The position numbers were made by a program, and so were the translations under genes. The notes under the pieces are model-generated. The model had not been told where the DNA came from. It was given only the letters and a program-made list of their open reading frames with translations, and did not search any database. A DNA stretch of 53,220 bases, taken from contig NC_068990.1 in assembly GCF_001194135.2 (NCBI RefSeq), forward strand, positions 47,221,870 to 47,275,089, in the 5' to 3' direction. This document shows, piece after piece, positions 1 to 10,290 of this stretch. Each line of letters begins with the position of its first letter. Within the stretch, counting starts at the first letter, position 1. This DNA comes from Octopus bimaculoides. Lineage: Eukaryota.

Positions 1-49
<49 letters not shown>

Positions 50-108
50 GTACATATGTATGCATATATATGTATATATATATATGTATGTATGTATATA
101 TGTATATA
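1..108. repeat. (TA)n / (TATG)n microsatellite
   Basis: Directly visible dinucleotide run at the window start. Confidence 0.95.
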
Positions 109-417
109 TCTATAATGTAAATCACGTTTTGTGTGTGTGTGTGTGTAAAAGAATCTAATAGCCGTATTTTTCAACTGATTTTCTCCACACTGGGAACATA
201 CATTCCTTATGTTCCAGAGATGGTTTTAGACTCTTAAAACGTCACACATAAGTACTAGGCCCTCTGGGGCCAGAAAATCCCCATTCCTTTGTTATGTGTA
301 TTTGCTCTTCACGCCTATCTCTCTATATATACATCTCTTTATCCATATCTATCTGTATCTATCTGTCTATATCTTCTCTATCGATCCAATTTGTCTAACT
401 AGCTCTCTCTCTCTCTC

Positions 418-448
<31 letters not shown>

Positions 449-1931
449 CCCTCACTCTATATCTCACTTTATGGCTTTCACTGTAAGTTTTCAATTGCTA
501 TTTACAAACAACAACAAATTACTGACAGAAGTTCACAATTACTGATGAAATTAATTTCATACATAACTTACTGACATATGTAACTTCATAAATTTCACTT
601 CAATTTGTACACTTTGTTAAATTTGCCTACAAATTTTTTATTTACTTTTGCAACGTTTTGTGTTTTTTTTTTTTTTTTTGTTGATGGAATTAATGATAAA
701 TGTAAGTTCATAATTTACTGACAGAAGTAACTTTAAAAATTTCACTTAAATCCATACACTTAGTTAATTTCCCTAGAAATTTCTTATTTACTTTTGCAAC
801 GGTTTTGCGTTTTTCTGTTGTTAGCGGCTTTTTTTTCTTGTTCCTTTGATATTGGCTCTCTTTGGTTCACTAAGTGACAAATTTCTCATGAACCCATACA
901 GTTTTTTATTTTCCATAAAAATTTCTTATTTACTTTCTGCTCGTCATATTAAGAAATATAATTTCTGTTACCCAGTTATTTAAATTTTTTACCATCTTCT
1001 GCACCCATGTATTCCTGTATACGTATATACCTATGCCTAGAAGGAAAGTGTCAAATTTGGCTAGAATGTCAAGGTCAACCAAAAGAATTTCTCTATCCAG
1101 GGAAAGAGAGACAGCTGCAGAAAGGAAATCATACCAAGAAACGAACAGACTGTGCATTACAAAAGCCAGAACATCTCAAAGTGATGAACAGAGGTATGCA
1201 CAGCTGACAAGGAATAGGATTTCTACTGCAGAACAAAGCAATTGCAACAGCTCAGGGAAGCAACTTCTATGAGGTTGCTTTCAATTATGATCCAGCAGTT
1301 CATTATACAGACGACACTAGAGTTTCTATTGGTGAAATGACAACTGAGTACATACATTGTAAAGCAAGGAAGTGGCCTGGAGAGACACCTGCACTGTATT
1401 GCATTGGTGGAAAGGTTAAACTCCCTGCAATCCCCCAACCTCCAGAACCATTGAAGAAACTGTTGTCAGCAACTGACCAAGATTTCAAGCACTTCCAAAA
1501 CAAAATTAGGCAATGCAATGCTGCACTACAGATGACATCATTTCGAGCCACATGAGATTTAACTGAGTCAGGATTCATGCAAACTTTCAAGATCTGAGGT
1601 CAGATTTATCATTGGATTGGCTCTTTACTACCTCTGTCAAATGAGTCACCAAAATCGGCCTTTCATTATATATAATCTATACCTGTTTTTTTGGTTATGA
1701 AATAAGCTACACAAAACGTGTTTTTGAATTACGTGTATTTACTTCATATGAGTTGAAAACTTTCTTTTAACATTTCACTTAATGTCTGTTCCAAGCTGTC
1801 ATGGGTTGGAGAGTTGTTAATGTAGAAAGTTGGTATCTCAGCTACTAACAGTTGAGACCTCCATAATCTAGACAGTGTTTTGAAATTTCATTATTCTCTT
1901 TAACCTGGGCAATGCTGGGTATATCTGCTAG
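109..1931 (+). mobile_element. Internally deleted Helitron
   Basis: 5' TC at 109-110 preceded by A. 3' hairpin ACCTGG-GCAATG-CTGGGT (1903-1920), then CTAG at 1928-1931 followed by T. Contains a Rep/Helicase N-terminal remnant and AT-rich direct repeats at about 520-930. Confidence 0.8.
1033..1660 (+). pseudogene. Helitron Rep/Helicase N-terminal fragment with stops and frameshifts
   Basis: MPRRKVSNLARMSRSTKR...ETAAERK basic N-terminus, then C..GKVKLPAIPQPPEPLKKLL...HFQNKIRQCNAALQMTSF and GFMQTFKI*GQIYHWIGSLLP. These match the Helitron pattern CxxGKVxLP...IRxYNxAFQMTSF...FKIQGQxYHxIGSLLP. Confidence 0.85.
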
Positions 1932-1974
1932 TGTATATGTATGTATATGTATAAGTGTATATGTATATATATCT

Positions 1975-2190
1975 ATGTGTGTGTGTCTTTTTGTTTGTCT
2001 CCCACCAATACTTGACAATGAATGTTGTGTTTACATCCCTGTAACTTAGCAGTTCAGTTGAAGAGACTAGTAATATAAGTATCAGGCTTTAAAAACATAT
2101 GTCACAGGGTTGATTTGTTGATCTAAAACATAATCCCTCAAGGCAATGCCCCAGCATGGCTGCAGTCAAATGACTGAAACAAATAAAAGA
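1975..2190 (+). mobile_element. SINE family A, 3' half
   Basis: Carries the tail CCCCAGCATGGCTGCAGTCAAATGACTGAAACAA shared with copies at 18310-18516, 34515-34740 and 39540-39744. Confidence 0.75.
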
Positions 2191-2746
2191 TAATAGATAT
2201 ACTCGACAAGCATGAAAATGCCACCCACTAGGACTCTCTGAGATTAATCAAACAATACTGCATGCATTCCTGCATTGTTTGCACATTGTTTAGTTCTAGA
2301 GAATGTCACTGTTGTTGCATTTTGGACAAATCCAGTTACCAGCAGTCCTTCATGAAGATTACTCCTCTACTCTCCCTCTAATAATGTTGGGCAGCCAGGT
2401 TTTCTGTTTTGTGTCTATAGCAAAAGAGGTGTGATGGACAATACTAACAGATTTGAAAACAAGCACTTTGTCTTTGGTCCAGCCTTTATTGACTTTCTTA
2501 TTTTTACTTGGAAGGGAAAGTTGCTTTCCTTGCCAAGCAGATCTTGAGAAATGCTCTCCTCCTGTAAATTGTTAAAAGCTGGGTGCCTGGAAAAAATGAT
2601 TAGGGTGAATTCTAAGCATGCACCTGTATATTGGAAAACATTTGGGTGAGGGCCTGGAATTTTTGTGATCAAGATGGTCATGGAACTGTGCGGTTCCTTG
2701 ATTGTTTCTAGTTGAAAGCTCTCCTGTATCTGGAGGACTGTATCAT

Positions 2747-2807
<61 letters not shown>

Positions 2808-3478
2808 TATATATACACACATATTTAATACACTATTTATACTTTTCATCTCACTTCTCTGCCTTTTTTCCTCACCCAGTTTTTGATAAATCCCATGCAA
2901 ATTGTAATGTGTCTTTATATCCCTCTCATGTGATGCCCTTGTGGCAAATTATTTTTATTACAAGTTTCATATACTGGAAGTATAAGTCATAACCATAACA
3001 TGGTTTTCAGTTTCGGTCTGCTCTGTTGCATTTATAACAGTTGTGACCTTGAGAAATACATGCTCATCATGATTTACAATTCAAAATCATTCTTGGCTTC
3101 GTATATACATAAAAAAATCATCAGCATCATTATTGTTTTTGTTTTTTTTTTCCAAACACATCGTTCACACTTAGTAAAAACAATATTCGGCTTCCTTAAA
3201 CCGGTTTATTTTGTAGGTTGTTACAATGCTTAATTGTAAGTAAATATTGCCAATCCTAGCTGACTTTGAATTTTCTTCTCTCACCTTAATGTGTGCTAAG
3301 CCAATCAGTAAGTGTGGACCATTCAGTTCTTCTTGTGTTAAGACTATTTGAGTGTTCTTTAACCATTCTTAAATATGATTAAGCAGATCTGTAGGTTTTT
3401 GTCCTGGATTTATCCATTACCAAACAATATATTCATTAAGAATGTTTTACTGTGAACTGATAACAAATTGCTCTACAG

Positions 3479-3529
3479 TAAAGTAATTGATATCACAATT
3501 GTATGTTTAATGAAGGCGTTGGGAAGACG
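3479..3529 (+). CDS. Possible small upstream exon of the host gene (KVIDITIVCLMKALGR)
   Basis: Acceptor ttgctctacag, donor GTGAGC at 3530. 51 nt, phase 2 to 2, stop-free in the frame that joins exon 19337. Short enough to be chance. Confidence 0.3.
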
Positions 3530-4606
3530 GTGAGCTTCTGGTATGACAAGTTTGTGACCTGATTTCAGTTATGAACTACTTTTATTTCTGTCTTCATTGC
3601 CATTGCTAATGTCCTTTTGTAAAATATCAATACGACTATGCTTGTTTTTCTCTTGTTTAAACATTTTTGTTTTCATATCTACATAGAAGTAGTAATACAG
3701 AAACTTGTAGGTTATTCTGCCTGAGACATCATGATACCTGCTATGTTAAGAAATGAAAGTAGTTTATAAGTATGAATGTATAGTATATATAGGTATAGAT
3801 GAGAAGTTCAAAACTACTCGATGCCAAGAGGCAAAAGTTATTTATGATTATTACAACTGACATTTCACATCTAGTTATTTGAATTCCACATTGCCTCTCA
3901 TCATCATCATCATCATTTTGACATCCACTTTTTCATGGATCAGATGATAACTTTATTGAGGCAGGTTTTTCTATAATCAGGTTATTTTTTTGTCACCAAC
4001 TTCCCCTTGTTTCGAAACAAGGTAATATTTCCCCTAGTCTAGTGATGAGCCCACCCATGCTTTAATGGAATATTGGTTTAAAAATTACATTGTTTGCAGT
4101 CAGCATGAATATGTCAAGACAAGGGGAATATATACCCACACATCCATGAAAAAAATAAAACACTTTCAGAAACATCTGAAGAAAAAGAAAGCTCAATTGA
4201 ATTAACCATTTCTCCAAATAGAAGAATTCAACAACTTCATAATTAACATAGACACTGCAGTTTATGCATTCATTAAATATTTAGAGGCACATTTAAAAAA
4301 AAACATAACCTACAAAACAGCATCTGATAAAAGCTAGAGATAACCTCAAGCACTACATATCAAGACCTTGTATGCAACAGAAATAAAACACAGCATCAAG
4401 AAACAAAGAAAATGTAGAAAAACAGAAAACTGGCAAACATTTGTATCCAACATAAACCAAACAGTCAAACATCCATATAAGGTAATTAGCACCATCAACA
4501 CTTCTAACAATAATTATGTTGTTCTATATTTAAGAGATGAGGAGTTATATACATTATTTACATTTTTTACAATTGACGGACATTTGTCCTCATTTTGTTT
4601 GTTGTT

Positions 4607-4652
4607 AACACAACGTTTCAGCTGATATACCCTCCAGCCTTCATCAGGTGTC
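4607..4652 (-). ncRNA. Minimal type I hammerhead ribozyme motif (core intact)
   Basis: Minus strand reads GACAC-CUGAUGA-A-GGCUG(GAGGGUAUAU)CAGCU-GAAAC-GU-U-GUGUU. Helix I GACAC/GUGUU, helix II 5 bp, palindromic ACGU helix III with no loop, cleavage triplet GUU. One extra A before helix II. Folded by eye. Confidence 0.7.
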
Positions 4653-4942
4653 TTGGGGAAATTTCGAACCTGGGTTCTCATTCCTAAGGTATTTTTCGAT
4701 GTTATTATTATTATTATTATTATTATTCAGGTCACTGCCTGGAATCTAACTCAGATTCTTGGGGTTAGTAGCCCGCATTCTTAACCACTACGCCATATAC
4801 CCACGGGCATATGGCATAGTGGTTAAGAGCACTGGCTGCTAACCCCAATATTCTGAATTCGATTCTAGGTAGTGACCTGAATAATAATAATAACATCAAA
4901 AAATACCTTAGGAATGAGAACCCAGGTTCGTAATTTCCCCAA

Positions 4943-4988
4943 GACACCTGATGAAGGCTGGAAGGTATATCAGCCAAAACGTTGTGTT
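4943..4988 (+). ncRNA. Second copy of the hammerhead motif, probably inactive (G12 to A)
   Basis: GACAC-CTGATGA-A-GGCTG...CAGCC-AAAAC-GTT-GTGTT; the conserved GAAA reads AAAA at 4976. Confidence 0.6.
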
Positions 4989-7328
4989 AACAACAAACAA
5001 GATGGCAAATATTTGTCAATTGTAAATAATGTAAATAATTATGCTGTATCACACAGTACAATAACAACCTCATCAAAAGTTTATCAAAAAATTAACCATA
5101 AAAATACTCACAAAAAATGCATTTTCTACTCAGAGGAGTGGTTTTGAAATGTTGTGTAAGGGTGTAGAGATGTTCCATGGGTTTTTTAAAATAATAATTT
5201 AAAGCTTTAAAAAATTCATTCTAATGCTTCAACATCTTGGAAAATATGTTATTCATAATTTTATTATCTACAAGTATAATTAATAATCAAAACATAGCAA
5301 GCCATAGTTTTCTAAATTCTTGATTTGAAAATTTAATCAACACTTGGTGCCTGACAGAATGAAGTTGTCAGAAATCTAGGATTAGGTCAACAGTTCTCAA
5401 TAATTTTTGATTTCACAACACACAAGAGATTGAATAAAATATTTCTGGTGCACTTTGGATGAGAAATTTTTTTTTAAATAGTTGGGGTTTTTTTGCTATA
5501 CTTTCTGTACAAAAGTGGTAAATTGGTAGAGTAGATAGAGCATTTGATTGAATAAATACTTTGTGGTATTCAGTCTGATTTTATTTGTTCTATGTTCAAA
5601 TACCACTGGAATCTACTTTGCCTTTCATGCTTTTGTGGGTAGATGAAAAAAAAGCACCAGTCTGGGGCTGTAGATTGGCAAAACTATAAGAAAATGGGGT
5701 TGGCTGCTTTGTGGTATTTGTTCTTGTTCTTTGCATTGTGAGTTCAAATCCTGCTCTGGCCTACATATGTGGGAGACTTAATCTATCACTTAGTTTAGCA
5801 CTACTACCTTGCATCTTAGGTGCCTTTAGTGGACTCATCTCTTGCAAACATTCAAACCAGGTTTATTGTTTGAGGTTAACTTCCCTCCTCCACCAGTCTT
5901 TGAAGCCATATAAAGCTTTATGGGCAATCTTTCCTCTTGTCTAAAGCATAAAATATAAATGTACCAGTATTTTTTTTTTTTACCTGATCTCTCATATGAC
6001 ACATAAAAATTGAAAACCACTGACTCAGACCATTATTTTGAACCCCCTATTCTGTCTAACACCAAAAACACAGGACAGGGAATCAAAAATATGCATCTAA
6101 AATATCTACTGCCTAAAGGAATCAATTAATGCAACAGCATCTACAACCACTTGTACCAACTCTACCAAAATCCACAGAGTCTGTAATAGGAATAAATTCA
6201 TTATAGTTTTAATGCCCAACTGATGTAGTATCACATAGACTTATGTCCCTGAAGCTGTTGTTGTGGAATGTATCTGATTCTAAAACTTGGTTTGCATACC
6301 TTTGAACATTTTACAAAGACCCTTTCTTGACATCACTAATTCACATATTCCCATCTCTTAATTTCTACATTCACACCACTACACTCAACTGTCATGCATA
6401 ATGGTTTCAATAATAAAAGCCCATATTCTTATTGTAATTATCATTCACGTCAGTAAAGCTTTTCTCTCCATCTTCTGCAAAGTAATTATCACTTCCTTGC
6501 AAAACAATATGAAATGTTGACAAGTAAACTACTTCTCAATCTGACAAGTTTATACAGCATGTATCAGCATCTGTTTGCAATTTCCCAAATGAAATAACCA
6601 TGTAGTGGTTCTGTCCTTTCATTTGCTCTTAATTTAACCTGCCCCAACATGACCTTTCACACCTCAAAATATATGCACTGCTTCATATGTAGTTGACATC
6701 TCAATCACATCTTTCCACCTCCCAAAAGCATAGCTGCACAACTTTCCTAACCCTATATTAAACCTAACAACCTAGTTGCAAAATAACAGACTTAATATAA
6801 CACCTTCCAAACCCAACCTCTCCCTTCTTATCAACAATACATGAGAACATTAATTATAACCAATCATCACACTCAACAACATAAACATTGAATCAACAAG
6901 GGAAGCTCAGCACGATAACTTGACTATCTAGAAATAGCAACCAACTCTCTTTCACATCACATCTTTTTATCCTAAGAAAGTACATGACTTCAATATCTAT
7001 GCTGACACTGCACAATGTAATCCTAAATATACAAATATATGGGATGACTTCAGCCATAAGTCTGCTTAATTAGAGTTGATCTAGAGCTAAGCAACTATAT
7101 AAACATGTATGAAAGATAAAATACTAGGAAATACAACACTGCCACAGTACTCACATTACATTGACAATAATGTAAAGAAAACAAGAGCACTCAGAGAGTG
7201 AAAACATCCACCAAGGCAACACCAACGTCCTCTCAACAATTACCCAGAGATGATTTTTAAAATGAGGATATCTGAAATAAACTTGACTTCTCTCACAAAC
7301 AAGAATACTAAAAATTAACCCAACCACT

Positions 7329-7556
7329 CTCAAAAATTAAGTAAAAGAAAACGGGTAAATAATCCAGAATCCTTGTCCGGTACCGGATCGATCCCAAAAT
7401 CTAATCAGTTCATGCTAGTCATGAGGCCAAACGTCCCTGAAAGTTTCATCTGAATCCATCCAGCAGTTCTTGAGATATCTTGTCCATGGATAAACAAACA
7501 AACAACCAAACACAACTGAAAACAAGACCTCCACCTTAGCGAAGGTGGAGGTAATA
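7329..7556 (-). mobile_element. Helentron/HINE-like short element, 5' half
   Basis: Reverse complement of 40111-40325. Perfect terminal hairpin ACCTCCACC-TTAGCGAA-GGTGGAGGT (7527-7552) next to a (TTTG)n microsatellite. Confidence 0.6.
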
Positions 7557-8247
7557 AAATGATATACACAAACGTACTTAGAACAATCACAGGTTCCACA
7601 TTTGATCAGCACAAAGGAACAACTCCTGTTTACATAAAATTAAATTTGTCACTGATGCTACCAGTTTTGCCTGTCCTGAATCTCTCCATAACAGATCATA
7701 ACAAACTATAAATAACACCAAACTGCAGACTATGTATTATCACATGCTGCATATGGACCATACCCATCGACCACCTGAATATGTGAAGGATACAGTTTGT
7801 TGTTCCAGTAATTAAATTTCAGCTTTCACAGTTTCTGGGTACTCCATGCATAATCCATAGATTACAGTATATTTTCAAACTGCAACACATGCAATTAATC
7901 ATTGCATGTCAGACTGTGGAAATGTTGTGCAACAAAACAAAGGCATGGCATATACAGGGGCATAGATATTGTGAATCACACCTAACCATTCAGCAAACTA
8001 CTTGCCTACTGGAGGTCAACTCAATGAGAATTGATCTGACTGTACTTGATGATGAGTTTTTCACAGTTAAATAAACTATAGCTAGTAACCACGCATCTAT
8101 GACCAATAAATCACCTCTATTAGCATAATACACACAACTTTATATATCTGTAATATACATAGTTTTCTCACTGTTAAATAAAGCTAGCAATCACTTATCT
8201 ATTGCCATAGTTAACATCATCTTTATATACCATATGATATACAAAGG

Positions 8248-8375
8248 TGAAGGCATGTGGCCTAGCAATTATGCTATTACACTTTATATCATAAGGTCAT
8301 GAGTTCAATTCTTGGTTTGGATAGAGTGGTGTGTCCTTGGGCAAGGCACTTCATTTCATGTTTGCTCCAGTCAAT
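8248..8375 (+). mobile_element. tRNA-headed SINE family D fragment
   Basis: TGGCCTAGC...GAGTTCAATTC...GTGTCCTTGGGCAAGGCACTT; related heads at about 16677 and 32470. Confidence 0.5.
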
Positions 8376-9025
8376 CGATTGAAAACAAGTTGCATCTACT
8401 GCAGAGTAGCAGCTCACCAATTATAAGCTTCAGCACTTGGAAATGTAATATAACAACAGTTTTTGGTGGCTTCAGCACAGCAGAGGGTGATGAATATACA
8501 AGAGTTTGTTCATTGTTGACTAAACTAAAGTTAGTAAGCCCCTCATCTATCACTAATGAATCAACTCATTTACCATAACCAATGCACACACCATTTTTAT
8601 ACATCTGTAATGTACTGTGGTGCTGCAACTTTGTTTCTCAGTTGTTGATGAAGAAAAATCTTGCTTCTTCGTTAACATCTCAATATGAAATCAGGTTTCT
8701 GAACTTGAAGGATGGAGACTAATGAGCCACACCACTTTGTGCTAGCAGGCTGGCTTGGGTTTTATTATTGCTTCTGTTTTATATTTTGAAATACTCTTCT
8801 CTTTGTATTCCAAGAATATATCCTGGTGAGATTAGTAAATATTATTGCACATTCAGTTTGTTCTGTTGTTTGTGTGTATGTATTAGTTTGTATATGAATG
8901 TATAATGTGCCTGTGGGTATTAGAAGGTATGAGTGTGTTTAGTTCACTGTGTCTGTAGAAGAATGTGAGTGATGCAGCTTTTAGCTGTATATGTATCTGA
9001 ATGTGTGCATTTGTATATAGATATA

Positions 9026-10290
9026 CAAGGGTTAGACAAAATAATGGAAACACCTTAAAAATTCAAACAAATCTATTTTAATATGGGGTAGGACCGCCTT
9101 TGGCAGTAATTACAGCTTGAATTCTATGAAGTATAGACTTGTACAAAGTTTGAATTGTTTCCAAAGGAATTTTTGTCTGTTCTTCAGCTAAGACAGTCTC
9201 CAGTTCTTGTAGTGATGATGGTGGAGGATATTGACTCCTTACTTGTTTTTCTAAAATGCACCATAAATGTTCAATAATATTGAGATCTGGTAACTGTGGT
9301 GACCAGATAAGATGTTCAACTTCACTAGAATATTCCTCATGTTATTCAGTAACAACTTTAGCTGCGTGAATTGGTGCACTATCATCCTGAAAGATTGCAT
9401 TTCCTTCCGGAAACAGTTCCACAACCATAGGATGATTTTGATCAGATAAAAGGCTTAAATAGTCTTGACTATTATTTGAAGGGAAACTACTGAGCCGGTG
9501 AATTTCCAAGATATACCCCCCTCTACTCACCCAGATCATCCTCCATGTTTAACAGTTGGAAGAAGGCAGTCTGGGTCAAATGCTTCTTTTGGCTGTCTCC
9601 ACACATATACTCGGCCGGTGGTCGGAAATAAGGTAAAGGATGACTCGTCCGAGAAAATAACATTCTTCCACTGCTCTAGGGACCAATTCTGTAGGTTTTT
9701 ACTCCACTCTAAATGCTTTGCAACGTTTATTTTTGAAAGTAGCAATTTCCTGATTGCAGCCCTCTCATGAAATCCGGCTTTGTGCAACTCCCAGCAAACA
9801 GTTTTTGTGGAAACTGGGTTCTCGAGGTGATCATTAAGCTCTGCAGTAATTTTGGGAGCTGTACTTTTGTGATCCTTTCTAACAATTCGCATAAGAGTCC
9901 AGTGGTCACTATCTGAAAATTTGGGTTTTCTTCCAGAGTTTTGTTTCAACGGGAAAGTTTTTCCCTTTTATCAAAGGCTGTCATTACTTTTGAGACAGTA
10001 CTTCTTGATACACCAAACATTTCAGCTGTTTTCATTATGTTAGCACCTGCCATACAAGCACCAACAATTTGACCTTTTTGAAAGTCTGATAGATCTGTCA
10101 TTTTAATGAATTTTAATTACCTTTTTCTGATGATATCTGAAAAGAAACAGCAATTTTAGAAAAACATATTAAGCAACACTAATAATAAATCAAAAAATAT
10201 AAAAATAAACAAGCTTTTGACGGTTTTATAGATATTTCAAATGTATGATGCTATGATGCTAGGTATTTCCATTATTTTTTCCAACCCCTG
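9026..10290 (-). mobile_element. Full-length Tc1-type DNA transposon (DD36E spacing), 1265 bp
   Basis: TIRs CAAGGGTTAGACAAAATAATGGAAACACCT (from 9026) and AGGTATTTCCATTATTTTTTCCAACCCCTG (10261-10290). TA target duplication at 9024-9025 and 10291-10292. Confidence 0.92.
9078..10101 (-). pseudogene. Tc1-family transposase pseudogene
   Basis: MTDLSDFQKGQIVG...FGVSRSTVSKV (HTH), SGRKPK, IFSDES, FQDDSAP, PDLNIIEHLW, AKGGPTPY*. Frameshifts near 9955 and 9540 and an in-frame stop near 9345. Confidence 0.9.

Larger units (their letters stand above)
4523..5039. mobile_element. Palindromic (head-to-head) non-autonomous element: two tRNA-like heads, each followed by a hammerhead-like motif
   Basis: 4553-4802 is the near reverse complement of 4805-5039, with a 2-nt centre (AC, 4803-4804). 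Box A-like TGGCATAGTGG and box B-like ATTCGATTC lie in the right arm. Flanking repeats AATAATTATGTTGT (4509-4522) and AATAATTATGCTGT (5034-5047). Confidence 0.9.
4140..7320 (+). mobile_element. Highly decayed I/Jockey-like LINE ORF2 remnant, interrupted by the 4523-5039 palindrome and other DNA
   Basis: Degenerate motifs in RT order: WQTFVSNINQ (about 4430), TGQGIKNMHLKYLLPKGI (about 6070, APGPDGI..HLK-like), HVSKAF (6446-6463, DISKAF-like), YADT (6998-7009, YADD-like). Many stops; clade call uncertain. Confidence 0.5.

Noticed and set aside
541-562. CTGATGA followed by the palindrome TGAAATTAATTTCA
   Set aside because: No downstream GAAA core; it is part of the AT-rich internal repeats of the Helitron.
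2421-2549. Plus-strand exon KRGVMDNTNRFENKHFVFGPAFIDFL
   Set aside because: Good acceptor but no plausible donor before the stop at about 2547.
3503-3529. MFNEGVGKT, resembling a P-loop
   Set aside because: Lacks the first Gly of GxxxxGKT, is preceded by a stop, and this frame hits a stop when spliced to exon 19337.
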